A DNA stretch of 64,000 nt from Patescibacteria group bacterium (GCA_040384565.1 JAZKJC010000002.1:1064-65063), one strand, 5' to 3'. Numbered from the stretch's first letter, positions 27,818 through 38,165 are shown. Translations and numbers: made by a program. The notes: generated from the sequence alone by a model not told the origin.

Positions 27818-30800
27818 TTACGCCTCCTCCTCATTAACGTCGTCATCTGCGGCAACTAGTGTTGAATCGTCATCGTCCGCTAAGGTGGTGTCATCAGTAA
27901 TCACGGTGGTGGCTGGCATATCATCTTCCATTTCCATGACAACAAAATCATCGCCAGGAACTTCCTCGGTAACATCTATATCGGAAATACTAGGCATAGG
28001 AACGTCTACTTGAGGTAGATTTTCTGATTCTTCCTTGATGTTTTCCGCTAGAATTTCTTCTGCGTCTATAACCTTGCTCTGCACAATTAAATCAATCTTT
28101 AGACACAGGCCTTGCAATTCTTTGACCAACACATTGAAGCTCTCTGGAACTTTTGGCCCGACAATTTCGGTACCCTTAATGATTGACTCGTAGGCTTTGG
28201 ATCGTCCGTAAACATCGTCAGATTTAATTGTCAACATTTCTTGAAGCGTATTGGAGGCACCGTAAGCTTCTAACGCCCAGACTTCCATCTCTCCAAATCT
28301 TTGGCCACCATTTTGGGCTTTTCCACCCAAAGGTTGCTGCGTCACCATAGTGTACGGTCCGGTGCTTCGGGCATGAATCTTATCCGCAATCATATGGTTC
28401 AGCTTGATCATATACATTGACCCAACGGTAGTCTTTTCCTTATAAGCATCTCCGGTGCGGCCATCAAACAGCTGTTGTTTTCCGTCTTCAGGGAAGCCAG
28501 CCTCTTTTAATAGTCCCCGGATTTTAGTTGGGGTCACGCCGTCAAATGCCGGACTGGCGACCGTGATGCCCAATGCCCGCGCCGCCATACCAAGGTGAGT
28601 TTCAAACAACTGCCCAATGTTCATACGGGATGGTACACCGAGCGGGTTCACAATGATGTCAACGGGCTTACCATCAGCCATAAATGGCATGTCCTCAACT
28701 GGCAGGATTCGGGCAATAACGCCTTTGTTACCATGGCGTCCACCTAATTTGTCGCCAACGCTAATTTTGCGCATTTGAGCAACAAAAACTTGAATCTGCA
28801 TTAACACGCCTGCCTTAAGCTCATGACCATTGGCTCGACTAAATACTTTGACACCCACGACTTTGCCGTGTTTGCCATTACTCATCCGCTGTGAAGTATC
28901 ACGGACTTCTTTGGCTTTTTCGCCAAATATAGCTCTAAGCAACCGCTCTTCAGAAGAAAGCTCTTGCTCTCCCTTAGGTGTAATCTTACCGACTAAAATG
29001 TCTCCAGGGTGGACTTCTGCGCCAATACGTACAATGCCTTCTTCGTCCAGATGGCGTAGGGCTTCTTCTGACACGTTAGGAATATCACGCGTGACAATTT
29101 CTGGCCCAAGTTTGGTTTCACGAACTTCTACCATGTAGTCAACAATATGAATAGACGTCAGGGTGTCATCTTCTACCAACTTGCGACTGATGATAATAGC
29201 ATCTTCAAAGTTGTATCCACTCCATGGCATGAAAGCTACAATCAGGTCTTTTCCAAGCGCTAACTCGCCGTTGGAAATTGACATTCCCTCAATCAGCGGA
29301 TCACCGGCTTTTACTTTATCGCCACTGCTAACAACAACTTTTTGGTTGATGCTAGTACCCTCGTTACTACGAATAAAATGTAGCGGATTGTAGGTAGTGG
29401 TTCCAGCTTTATATTTAACTACGACTTGCTCGCCTGTGGCCTGAAGTACTTCACCATCCGCGTCAGCTACTATTAACTGGCCGGTATTTCGCGCGGCTGG
29501 TGCTTCCATGCCCGTACCTATAATTGGTGCCTGCGGAATCACCAGTGGCACAGCTTGGCGTTGCTGGTTACTACCCATAAGGCTTCTATAAACATAGTTT
29601 TTCTCAATAAAGGGAATCAGTCCAGCACTTGAGCCAATAATTTGCTTACGTGACGCATCCATATGTGTAACGTCGTTGGCGTCAACTTCTCCGGCCTTTA
29701 GATTACGCCGGGCACTGACACGATCGTTAACAAAAAAGCCGTTTGAGTCAGTCTCCTCGCCGGCGCTTGCAATAACAGCCTGTTCTTCCTGGCTAGCATC
29801 TAAATACGAGACTTCACTGGTTACGACTGCTTTAACCGGCCAGGTAACCTTGCCTTTTACGGCAGCTAATTTTTTGGCATTATCAGCCGTGATCTTTGCC
29901 CCGGCTTTAACAATAACCTTACTTTTATCGTCTACTAAATCTTCAGCAGCAATGTGGCCGGGAGCATCTTTAGCGGTTGCAGAACTAATGACTTTTCGGT
30001 AAGGCGTTTCAATAAAACCGTATTCATTAATACGGGCGTAGGAAGCCAAGTTAAGCACCAACCCAATATTAGCGCCTTCAGGAGTTTCCACTGCGCAGAT
30101 GCGTCCGTAGTGAGTCGCATGGGCATCACGGACTTCAAAGCCAGCCCGTTCACGCGATAATCCGCCAGGGCCCATCGAGCTAAGTCGTCTTTTATGAGCC
30201 AGTTCGCTTAGTGGATTAATCTGGTCCATAAACTGTGAAAGCTGAGAGCTTGCAAAGAACTCACGCACTGCCGCTACCACTGGTCTAGCATTAATCAGCT
30301 GAGCTGGTGTAACTGTCTCGATCTCACTCATACTCATACGGTCTTTGGTGTTACGCTCCATACGCAGTAGTCCAATGCGGAACTGTCTTTGGACAAGCTC
30401 ACCTACTAATTTGACACGGCGGTTTGCCAAACTATCAATATCGTCTACTGGATCTTGAGTATTATTTAAGCGAATTATCTCGGCTACAATTGCAATAAGA
30501 TCTTCTAGCCGCATAATACGGTTTTCGGCAGTATTGGGTACATCTAGGTTTAGACGTTTGTTAATTTTATAGCGGCCAACCCGTGAAAAGTCAAAGCGCT
30601 TATAGTTGTAGAACATGTTTTCAATAAGGCCTCGGGCGTTATCAACTGTAGCTAAATCTCCAGGGCGGAGACGGCGATAAACCTCAATCAAGGCTTCGTT
30701 TGAGCCCTTTGTAGGATCTTTCTCTAAGGTTGCATCAAGATAATTTATTTTGCCTTGATCGACATGCTTAAAGGCTTCTTTCATGGTAGCTTCGTTCATG

Positions 30801-31429
30801 CTGAGCGCGCGCAGCAGAGTAGTAACTGCCATCTTGCGCTTACGGTCAATTTTTACATAAAGGGCGCCGTTAACAGCTGTCTCAAATTCGAGCCAAGCGC
30901 CTCGTCCTGGTATAACTTTGGCACCGTAGTAGCCTTGTGTGCCATGGGCTTCAGCCGTGAAGAAAACTCCAGCTGAACGAATCAGCTGAGATACAACGAC
31001 ACGCTCAGCTCCATTAATAACAAAGGTTCCCCGCGTAGTCATCCAGGGGTAATCGCCTAGATAAATTTCCTGCTCTTTAATTTCGCCCGTGACTTTGTTT
31101 GTCAGCTCTACAGTTGCTTTCAGAGGAGCGTCATATGACACATTGTTTTCGCGGGCTGCTGCTTCGCTAGTTTTAGGAGCTTCAAAACGATAATCTTTGA
31201 AGCTAAGTGATAGTTTGGTGCCGGTGTAGTCATCTATCGGGCTTATTTCTGCTAGCAGTTCGCCTAGACCTTCTTCAATAAACCACTGGAATGACCGGTT
31301 TTGGTGGTCAACCAAATTAGGTAGGTTTAGAGCGTCGTCGTCTTGGGTAAAATATGTTCGCGTCTGTCTATCGGTTTTTGGATTTTTTGTCTGCTTAATT
31401 GATGCGGTGCCTTTAGCCATATATTGCAA
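27818..31429 (-). CDS. rpoB: DNA-directed RNA polymerase subunit beta (acidic C-terminal tail)
   Basis: 1203 aa; ..GGRHGNKGV.., ..FGEMEVWALEAYGA.. The start may instead be the ATG at 31420 (MAKG). Confidence 0.96.
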   Translation of the reverse strand: MQYMAKGTASIKQTKNPKTDRQTRTYFTQDDDALNLPNLVDHQNRSFQWFIEEGLGELLAEISPIDDYTGTKLSLSFKDYRFEAPKTSEAAARENNVSYDAPLKATVELTNKVTGEIKEQEIYLGDYPWMTTRGTFVINGAERVVVSQLIRSAGVFFTAEAHGTQGYYGAKVIPGRGAWLEFETAVNGALYVKIDRKRKMAVTTLLRALSMNEATMKEAFKHVDQGKINYLDATLEKDPTKGSNEALIEVYRRLRPGDLATVDNARGLIENMFYNYKRFDFSRVGRYKINKRLNLDVPNTAENRIMRLEDLIAIVAEIIRLNNTQDPVDDIDSLANRRVKLVGELVQRQFRIGLLRMERNTKDRMSMSEIETVTPAQLINARPVVAAVREFFASSQLSQFMDQINPLSELAHKRRLSSMGPGGLSRERAGFEVRDAHATHYGRICAVETPEGANIGLVLNLASYARINEYGFIETPYRKVISSATAKDAPGHIAAEDLVDDKSKVIVKAGAKITADNAKKLAAVKGKVTWPVKAVVTSEVSYLDASQEEQAVIASAGEETDSNGFFVNDRVSARRNLKAGEVDANDVTHMDASRKQIIGSSAGLIPFIEKNYVYRSLMGSNQQRQAVPLVIPQAPIIGTGMEAPAARNTGQLIVADADGEVLQATGEQVVVKYKAGTTTYNPLHFIRSNEGTSINQKVVVSSGDKVKAGDPLIEGMSISNGELALGKDLIVAFMPWSGYNFEDAIIISRKLVEDDTLTSIHIVDYMVEVRETKLGPEIVTRDIPNVSEEALRHLDEEGIVRIGAEVHPGDILVGKITPKGEQELSSEERLLRAIFGEKAKEVRDTSQRMSNGKHGKVVGVKVFSRANGHELKAGVLMQIQVFVAQMRKISVGDKLGGRHGNKGVIARILPVEDMPFMADGKPVDIIVNPLGVPSRMNIGQLFETHLGMAARALGITVASPAFDGVTPTKIRGLLKEAGFPEDGKQQLFDGRTGDAYKEKTTVGSMYMIKLNHMIADKIHARSTGPYTMVTQQPLGGKAQNGGQRFGEMEVWALEAYGASNTLQEMLTIKSDDVYGRSKAYESIIKGTEIVGPKVPESFNVLVKELQGLCLKIDLIVQSKVIDAEEILAENIKEESENLPQVDVPMPSISDIDVTEEVPGDDFVVMEMEDDMPATTVITDDTTLADDDDSTLVAADDDVNEEEA

Positions 31430-31662
31430 TACTCCCAGGTTATTTTAGTAACGAATAACGTAGCAACTAGAAACACTGACTGTGAATAAAATTGAATTAC
31501 AGCAAATACTGTTTACATATTTGCTGCTTTCTAATTTCTAATTGCTTTTAGTTTGGTGTTTCGCGCGAAGATTACTACCCAGGATTTTGGTGCTTACTTC
31601 TTAAATAAAAGCACAGTCCGTACGTACACTACTTCTTACCATATAGAATATAGAGTCACAGC

Positions 31663-32457
31663 CTACGAGTCAATAGTCATTCGCAGAATTATCAAGCATC
31701 TGATTAGTTCAGCTTTTCCTAAAAGTCTTCCAATAGTACCAAATTGCCTGCCCATTTGTTTGAATAAGCGCGGATCGTCTGAATTTGTAGCAATATTAGC
31801 AGCAACTCGCCTTGCGCTTCTGTGTTTGTGGCGACGTTGCTCAACCTCAACATTATTATGGTAAGGGTGAATTGGTTGTCCATCACCACTATCATCGGGC
31901 ATACCAATCCTAGTGAAGAATCGTGCCCCACCAGCACTTTCAGCTGGGTGAGTGTAAGCTGAGGCAGGCTGTAATGGCCGTGCCTGGCGCAAAGACAAGT
32001 ACGCAAGCATCCGACCCACACCGCGTCTCTGAAAGTTTGGATCTACGGCGATTTTTTCTACCCATCGCCATCTATTTAGTAATGTTACATATTTTAGGCC
32101 ACGTTCAATTTCTGTTTCAGCTGTTACAGAGTCTGCGCTATAGGCAAACCCTATAATATTTTTATACTTTTTGGTCCCGGAATACGCCACCGCTAAAGAC
32201 GGCCTAGAAATGCGTTGTAGGTTTAGACGTCCCTGTTCCACCATTGTTTGCGGATCGCGGTGATCATCCGTAAAGCCTGCCAAATCACCAAAAAAGGCAC
32301 GGATTTCTTCTTCCGTTCGGCGCCCGCGCAACGCTTGTCTGAACGCAACAAGCCCTACGGCATGGCAGCTTTCCCATAAATCCGGCGATACAGTTGGTTG
32401 GGTTGGATCAATTACATCAAACTGTACGCCTCTGAGATCAATTTCTGAAGCAATCAC
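31663..32457 (-). CDS. GNAT-family N-acetyltransferase-like protein
   Basis: ..IAVDPNFQRRGVGRML.. is the acetyl-CoA (Q/RxxGxG) motif. GTG start. Basic C-terminal extension. Confidence 0.6.
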   Translation of the reverse strand: MIASEIDLRGVQFDVIDPTQPTVSPDLWESCHAVGLVAFRQALRGRRTEEEIRAFFGDLAGFTDDHRDPQTMVEQGRLNLQRISRPSLAVAYSGTKKYKNIIGFAYSADSVTAETEIERGLKYVTLLNRWRWVEKIAVDPNFQRRGVGRMLAYLSLRQARPLQPASAYTHPAESAGGARFFTRIGMPDDSGDGQPIHPYHNNVEVEQRRHKHRSARRVAANIATNSDDPRLFKQMGRQFGTIGRLLGKAELIRCLIILRMTIDS

Positions 32458-32525
32458 TTAAAATCTTTTCATACACTTCAGATCATATCATCTGATAACA
32501 CAATAACCATAAGAAATTTAACTGT

Positions 32526-33119
32526 CTATATTTTGGGTGGGGAGGTTATAACTTTGTCTACTACACCGTACTTTTGGGCTTCCGGGGCTGTTAACCAGAA
32601 ATCCCGTTCCATATCTACATGGATTTTAGAAAGCTTCTGGCCTGTGTTTTTGGCCATTATTTCTTCTAATAGCTTTTTTACTCGTAATGATTCACGCAGA
32701 TCAATTTCCTGATCTGTAACTTTTCCTCTTGTTCCGCTACTGGGTTGGTGAATCATAACTGTCGCATTAGGCAATAGGAATCTCTTACCCTTGGTGCCGG
32801 CGCTAAGCAGAAACGCGGCGGCACTGGCCTGTACTCCAATACCCACAGTCTGAATATCATTTTTGACGTATTGCATCGTGTCATAGATAGCCAACGCATC
32901 ATAAACACTTCCACCGGGACTATTAATGTACAGAAATATATCCTTTTTAGCGTCTTCTGACTGCAGAAATAGCATCTGGGCAATAATCAAGTTGGCAGTA
33001 GTTTCGTTTACAGCCGTACCCAAAAATATAATCCGATCTTTTAAAAGCCGGGAATATATGTCGTAAGCTCGCTCATAACGGCCTTCACTTTCAATAACTG
33101 TTGGAACTAATACACTCAT
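32526..33119 (-). CDS. clpP: ATP-dependent Clp protease proteolytic subunit
   Basis: 197 aa; ..INSPGGSV.., ..G.QASAAA.L.., ..MIHQP.. Ser/His motifs. Confidence 0.95.
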   Translation of the reverse strand: MSVLVPTVIESEGRYERAYDIYSRLLKDRIIFLGTAVNETTANLIIAQMLFLQSEDAKKDIFLYINSPGGSVYDALAIYDTMQYVKNDIQTVGIGVQASAAAFLLSAGTKGKRFLLPNATVMIHQPSSGTRGKVTDQEIDLRESLRVKKLLEEIMAKNTGQKLSKIHVDMERDFWLTAPEAQKYGVVDKVITSPPKI

Positions 33120-33176
33120 ATTCCTATCCTTAGCTTTACCGCTACAGACTTAGCAATTCTCTAACATCTATAAGAA

Positions 33177-33205
33177 ATTGTACACAACTGGCACTCCCGA
33201 GTCAA
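33177..33205 (-). promoter_or_regulatory. clpP promoter TTGACT-17-TACAAT
   Basis: Read on the minus strand. 57-nt leader with an AAGGA SD. Confidence 0.55.
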
Positions 33206-33214
33206 GAGTGCTAA
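33188..33214. promoter_or_regulatory. CIRCE-like inverted repeat (TTAGCACTC-N9-GAGTGCCAG in gene orientation)
   Basis: 16/18 match to the CIRCE consensus TTAGCACTC-N9-GAGTGCTAA. The N9 spacer contains the -35 hexamer. Confidence 0.5.
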
Positions 33215-33377
33215 TTGGCACTTATACCCCCAGTGTAGGTAACTAAGTTTTATCTCCGTTTGCCGTATAATAAATGTATGGACAAGCCCGCTAAAAAGAA
33301 TATCGAGCTTCTCACCAAGGATGGATTCCTAAAAGTTTTGAAAAAAGTTAGTAAGAAATTGCCTAAAAATTCAAACA

Positions 33378-33914
33378 ATGCATCCAAAAAGAAACGTAAT
33401 GAATAAGAGCAACCGCTGGTCAACGCCACTTTTTCATAGCCAATTCTTTGGATATGTACAAAGAATCTTATTAGTGTGGTATTGTCCTCTCGGGCTAGCG
33501 GCGGGTCTTGGTATTAGTGTCTATGAAATTGGGTTTGACTTAGCGGTTTTAATGTATGGATTCATTGGAGTGATTGTCATGTATTTTTTTGGTTGGATCC
33601 TTTATATATCTGCAGAGCTTAGCCGCAACTTAACCGCACGATTCACATCGGTTTACCTGCTTTTGGACACTAGGCTTGAGATACCCCGATATCTTAGTGA
33701 CGCTAAGCTGTTGCACTACGACTTAAAATTAAGCCCTGATCGAATTAAAAATAAAAATCTTCGTGCATCTTGGCTCCAAACTCTCGTTGCTTTTATTATC
33801 TTTGGGCTTCTTTTTTTTACCCTAGCGTTCTCGCTCATGCTAAGTAGCGCATTCTTGGTACAAGCTATATATCCAGGTGTATTAGAATTCAAGCTTCCTT
33901 CTACTCAGGCGTAA
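33378..33914 (+). CDS. Hypothetical polytopic membrane protein
   Basis: 178-aa ORF with several hydrophobic helices. The start may be the ATG at 33399. Confidence 0.5.
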   Translation: MHPKRNVMNKSNRWSTPLFHSQFFGYVQRILLVWYCPLGLAAGLGISVYEIGFDLAVLMYGFIGVIVMYFFGWILYISAELSRNLTARFTSVYLLLDTRLEIPRYLSDAKLLHYDLKLSPDRIKNKNLRASWLQTLVAFIIFGLLFFTLAFSLMLSSAFLVQAIYPGVLEFKLPSTQA

Positions 33915-34215
33915 AGGTAATAAACATTTGTCTGCAAACACAAAATTACATCTAGTTTGTCGTATTGAGCATTATAAAATGATGGTTACCTATAGAACTC
34001 AAGTATGCTCAATTAACAGATTAATTTACTTGTTCTGACTATCTCGTTGCCTTAGAACTTACAAACGTGTCAGTAAAGGTAAGTAATTAACTTACTGCTC
34101 ACTGAAGAATGAATTATTATTTTGGGTGACTGGATAAGTAACTGAGCTAATATTTTCTTTAGCCCGCTACACTAGCAGGCTTACTATGTTGGGATAATGC
34201 TACAATACAAGGACT

Positions 34216-34509
34216 ATGAAAAACGTAAAACCACTCAACAGCATGTTTGTTCTAATCCAATCGTTACAGGTAGGATTGTTAGTTGCTCAAGGGCTCCTTC
34301 TCCTATTGCGTGGAGTTAACGAGCTTTCGCTGCCAATCTGGTTTATGCTTTGCCTAGCTGCGGCAGCACAATCTGTAGTTGCACTTAATATGCCCAAGAA
34401 AGTGGACATGAGTGCTCTGGTTGACCGGTCGGCTATAGTAAAGTTACGATTGTTCGCTATCGCCCCCTACGCTTTGATCGTTGCGGGTATACTATACTCT
34501 CAGCAATAA
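34216..34509 (+). CDS. Hypothetical small membrane protein
   Basis: 97-aa ORF with three hydrophobic segments. Confidence 0.45.
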   Translation: MKNVKPLNSMFVLIQSLQVGLLVAQGLLLLLRGVNELSLPIWFMLCLAAAAQSVVALNMPKKVDMSALVDRSAIVKLRLFAIAPYALIVAGILYSQQ

Positions 34510-34548
34510 GGCTTAACTGTATTCATTAATCTCCAACACACAGCAGTT

Positions 34549-35384
34549 TTACAGACTAAGGAACTTTATTTCTTCATCTTCTTCCTCATATATTCCCCGC
34601 CAAACTTTAGTGTCTGTGCCTTTGCTTGTTAGTGCCTCATGAGTCACCACAAAAGTCCCCGTCTTATCCTCATCCACAAAGTACCGGTCATAACCGTACT
34701 CGGCTTCTTTCAGAACTCTGGCTTGGACTTTTTCATTCGGCGTCACGAACAGCAGTGATGGGTAGCCATCACTGGAGACCGCATCCCACTCACCAGAATC
34801 AATGTGCTCCATGTAGGTTTTAATGCGTTTGCGCCTCAGCCAGTACAAGGTATCTTCATGGAAGATATCCAGCATGTAGTTATTGAACTTGGTTTGACTT
34901 GGCTTGCTCCGCTTCAAGTACAGGTCTGGTAGTGGTCTAGGGAAAAAGTCATAGTCACTGAGTTCAAACTTGGTGTAGATTTCGAATGTATTGGGATAGT
35001 GCTGCTGCAGCGCATTGTAGACCCGTATAATGCTCAGGCAATGGGCTACATAGGCTTCATTGGTTGCTAGATTCTTATTCTCTTGTACATATTACGCAGC
35101 GATTTCTCACTTAGGTCGTCATACTTACGTAGTAAGCCGATTGCTTGAGGCGTCAGAAAATAGCTGGCAGGCTTGCCAGCTAACCTGTATGTTTTATCGT
35201 ACCGTTTGGCTACAAATCCTTGCTTCTCTAAAACATACAGGCATTCGTAAACAGTTGATCTGTCTCTACTTTCTGCTTCAGCTAGTAAGTCTGTACTAAC
35301 AAACCTGAACTTATAAACTAACTTCAATAACCCAATTTGCTTAACACTTAACTGCCTTCTATACTTCGGACTTTTCTCTAACAC
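34549..35384 (-). pseudogene. Frameshifted replication-relaxation (wHTH) family gene
   Basis: The 105-aa N-terminal ORF and the 3' reading frame (open from about 35095 to 34549) overlap at 35067-35095 in different frames. Joined length is about 278 aa, homologous to 50796..51614 (for example YMLDIFHEDTLYWLRRKRIKTYMEHIDSGEW versus YLLEVFDPTLPRYRIKKRLKDYVEYLEDGDW). Confidence 0.7.
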
Positions 35385-35548
35385 TGACTATCTGCTACCA
35401 ATCTCCCACACTACCAACGGATCACTCCACTAAACTACTTAGTAGCTCTATATGTATATATTATATAAAGAGAGAATAAAAGAAAGAGGATTACAGAGTA
35501 AATTGGTAGCAAAATGGTGTTATCGGTAGTGGGGTTATGTTTGTAATA

Positions 35549-36442
35549 CTAGGCACTCAGATTGGACTTCGTAACCCTATTGAGAATTGCCCAGAACATT
35601 GACGCACTGTTTCTGTGGGAATACCTAAAAGCATATTCATTGGCATAGGCTTGGAGGTACTTAGCGTCCACGTGCCGATAGACACCCCGAATACCTCGTT
35701 TCATGTTAGACCATAGGTTTTCAACGTTCTGGGTATGGACATTGCCACGAACAAATTCATCCCGACGGTGATTGGTAGTTAAATGGGGATAGCCCATTCG
35801 TTCCAGTTTGATGTAGGAACTCCATTCATCACTATAGACGGTACTGCCCTCAGTAACATTTTGCTCAATCTCTGGCAATAAAACCCTAGCGCCACTGCTT
35901 TTTACGTGTCTGACTTTAGCTTTACCACCTCGTTCAACCATACCAAAGATAGTTTGTGAATTATCTGAATAATTACTGCCCATGCCACGAGTCGGATTGA
36001 GTTTCTTTTTCATGAAAGGTCTGGGCTGAAGATAAGTTTCGTCAACTTCTACTTCGCCCGTTAAGTTGTCATTTTCATGATCAGCCATCATGCTCCTAAT
36101 TTGGTGGAACATGCGCCAGGCAGTTTTGTAGGTTACACCAAGTTCTCGCTCTAGTTGTTTGGCGGATATACCAGCTCTAGTGCTGGCCATAAGGTAAATT
36201 GCATAGAACCAGAGCGTTAGTGGTGTAGCTGACTTATGAAAGATCGTGTCAGCCGTGGGGTGGATATGGTGGCCGCACAGTTCGCAGGAGTAGGACTTAC
36301 GGGTTTTCATGCGGTGGTGGGGCGTAATCTTTTGATCTATAGGGCAGAAGATACCATCGGGATAGAGATAGTCTTTTAACCAATCAAGGCAGGCTTCATC
36401 GTCGGGGAAGTCTCCCTGTAAGTCCTTGATGGTGTATTTCAT
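35549..36442 (-). CDS. IS1595-family transposase (N-terminal zinc ribbon plus DDE domain)
   Basis: ..CLDWLKDYLYPDGIFCP..YSCELCGHH.. zinc ribbon; ..ISAKQLERELGVTYKTAWRMFHQIR.. HTH; DDE region. ATG at 36442. Confidence 0.8.
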   Translation of the reverse strand: MKYTIKDLQGDFPDDEACLDWLKDYLYPDGIFCPIDQKITPHHRMKTRKSYSCELCGHHIHPTADTIFHKSATPLTLWFYAIYLMASTRAGISAKQLERELGVTYKTAWRMFHQIRSMMADHENDNLTGEVEVDETYLQPRPFMKKKLNPTRGMGSNYSDNSQTIFGMVERGGKAKVRHVKSSGARVLLPEIEQNVTEGSTVYSDEWSSYIKLERMGYPHLTTNHRRDEFVRGNVHTQNVENLWSNMKRGIRGVYRHVDAKYLQAYANEYAFRYSHRNSASMFWAILNRVTKSNLSA

Positions 36443-36448
36443 ATTTAC

Positions 36449-36477
36449 ATTGTACACCTCTGTTTACCTACTGTCAA
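36449..36477 (-). promoter_or_regulatory. Transposase promoter TTGACA-17-TACAAT, 6 nt before the ATG (leaderless-type)
   Basis: Near-consensus hexamers just inside the right inverted repeat. Confidence 0.55.
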
Positions 36478-36512
36478 GGGATAAGTGCCTGCTAATTACC
36501 AGGTGTAGCTGT

Positions 36513-36851
36513 CTAAACTTCCCTTGGGTCACGCAGCTCCAGCACTAGAGCAACAGCTGCCACACAACCCATAGCCAGCCGTCCAGGAGAGCCCCATGTT
36601 TCTTGAGCCGCTCGAATTCCAAGGTAACCTATTAGCATTAGGCCAGGCACTGCCAAGCTCATACTACCTTCTTCGCCGCGATTTAGATTGTGGGGCTGAG
36701 GATTTCTAGAACCTACTAACAATTCGTAAACAGTAGGATTTCTGTTGTCAAAGTCTTTAATGGTTTGAATTTTAACCCCACCGTAAGTTTGGCTTGACTG
36801 ACTTCCATCAATTGGTTGTTCCTGTCTTCCAAATCGTTTCCAACTAGACAT
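36513..36851 (-). CDS. Hypothetical protein with C-terminal TM helices
   Basis: 112-aa ORF immediately downstream of tig. Confidence 0.45.
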   Translation of the reverse strand: MSSWKRFGRQEQPIDGSQSSQTYGGVKIQTIKDFDNRNPTVYELLVGSRNPQPHNLNRGEEGSMSLAVPGLMLIGYLGIRAAQETWGSPGRLAMGCVAAVALVLELRDPREV

Positions 36852-36866
36852 AACGCTATACTGACA

Positions 36867-38147
36867 CTATTTGGTGCTTATTGCAACCAGTTTTTCTAGA
36901 GTCTTCTCTGTGAGGATACGTCCGGCAATGTCACGGCGGGCTTCTGGTTTGTCCAGTTCAGTCTGCATTTGTGGGTCCTTGTATTGGTCTCTCAGCAACT
37001 GCATGCGGACATCCAGCTCATCCTCTGTGACCTTAAGTTGCTCTTGTTCAGCTATTTCAGCCAAAACTAAGCTAGCTTTTATGCGCTCCTCAGCTTGTGG
37101 CCGCTTTTGCTCTTTGTGTTGGTCTTCATTTACGCCCTCATCTTTGAGATGCTCTTCCCAAGTCTGCCCCCTATAAGTCAAATTCTGGCGCTCTTCTTGC
37201 TCCATGCGTTCAATTTGGTCATCAACTAATGGTTTTGGTATATCAACTACACTTTTATCACTGATTTGTTTAATTAGTTCGTTTTCATAGACTCTGTCGG
37301 CTTCACGTTGGCGTTCAATGATAAGTTGTTTTTTGATGTCTGACTTAAGTTCCGCAAGTGACTTAAATGGTCCTATTTTTGTAGCAAAATCATCATCTAC
37401 CTTTGGTTCTTTTAGTTCCTGAACCTTAGTAACATTGACTTTAAAGGTAACTTTCTTACTGGCTAAAGCCTTAACGTCATAATCCTTAGGAAAAGCCAGC
37501 GTAAATGTCTTTTCGGTATTGGCTTTCATGCCAATAAGGTTTTCCTCAAACCCGGGTATAAAGGCGTTGCTACCTATAATAAGAGGATAGTCAGCGCCCT
37601 CAGCGCCTTGAACTGGCGCGCCTTTCGTGTCAACACCCTTAAAGTCAATCCAAGCTTGATCGCCTTGACCAGCAGCCCGGTCTACATCTACTTTCTCGGC
37701 TGCTCTTGTCCGCAGCGACGCGATAACTTCTTCTATATCTTTAGCGACTATTGTGACCTTTGGTTTAGTTTTTTTTATTTTTTTATAATCACCGAGCTTG
37801 ATAGCACCCAAGGTTGCGAATGCCGCTTCAAATTCCAATACAGAATAAGGCACAAATTTCTTAACGGTTATATTTGGCTGCCCAACTGGTCGGAGGTTTT
37901 GGGATTGTAAGGCTTGGGAAAACAGTTGCTCAATTGCTTCTTGCAAAAACTGCGACTGCAGACTGGTTGCATTAACGTGTTTCTCGAGAATATTAGACGG
38001 AATTTTACCCGGGCGAAACCCCGGCACTTTTACGCTGTCCTGGAAATGAGCTAAGACGTGCTCCTTTATAGCATCAATCTCAGCTTCGGAGGGAATAATA
38101 GTTACTATAGCCTCTGTTGAAGATGGATGAGTCGCCTGTACTTTCAT
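36867..38147 (-). CDS. tig: Trigger factor
   Basis: 426 aa; N-terminal ..GFRPGKIP.. ribosome-binding signature, central PPIase-like region, C-terminal helical arm. Confidence 0.9.
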   Translation of the reverse strand: MKVQATHPSSTEAIVTIIPSEAEIDAIKEHVLAHFQDSVKVPGFRPGKIPSNILEKHVNATSLQSQFLQEAIEQLFSQALQSQNLRPVGQPNITVKKFVPYSVLEFEAAFATLGAIKLGDYKKIKKTKPKVTIVAKDIEEVIASLRTRAAEKVDVDRAAGQGDQAWIDFKGVDTKGAPVQGAEGADYPLIIGSNAFIPGFEENLIGMKANTEKTFTLAFPKDYDVKALASKKVTFKVNVTKVQELKEPKVDDDFATKIGPFKSLAELKSDIKKQLIIERQREADRVYENELIKQISDKSVVDIPKPLVDDQIERMEQEERQNLTYRGQTWEEHLKDEGVNEDQHKEQKRPQAEERIKASLVLAEIAEQEQLKVTEDELDVRMQLLRDQYKDPQMQTELDKPEARRDIAGRILTEKTLEKLVAISTK

Positions 38148-38165
38148 CCGATTAATCTACCAGGT

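Larger units (their letters stand above)
35543..36499 (-). mobile_element. IS1595-family insertion sequence (about 957 bp)
   Basis: Single transposase ORF. Imperfect terminal inverted repeats GTAATACTAGGCACT (35543-35557) and AGTGCCTGCTAATTAC (36484-36499). No clear target-site duplication seen. Confidence 0.55.

Noticed and set aside
31719-32021. 100-aa minus-strand ORF nested inside the GNAT gene
   Set aside because: It is an alternative frame of a longer ORF that carries a recognisable acetyl-CoA-binding motif.
33278-33406. 42-aa Lys-rich ORF (MDKPAKKNIELLTKDGFLKVLKKVSKKLPKNSNNASKKKRNE) 7 nt after a TATAAT
   Set aside because: It fits the leaderless pattern, but it is very short with no homology I can recognise, and it overlaps the start region of the 178-aa membrane ORF. 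The evidence is insufficient to annotate it.
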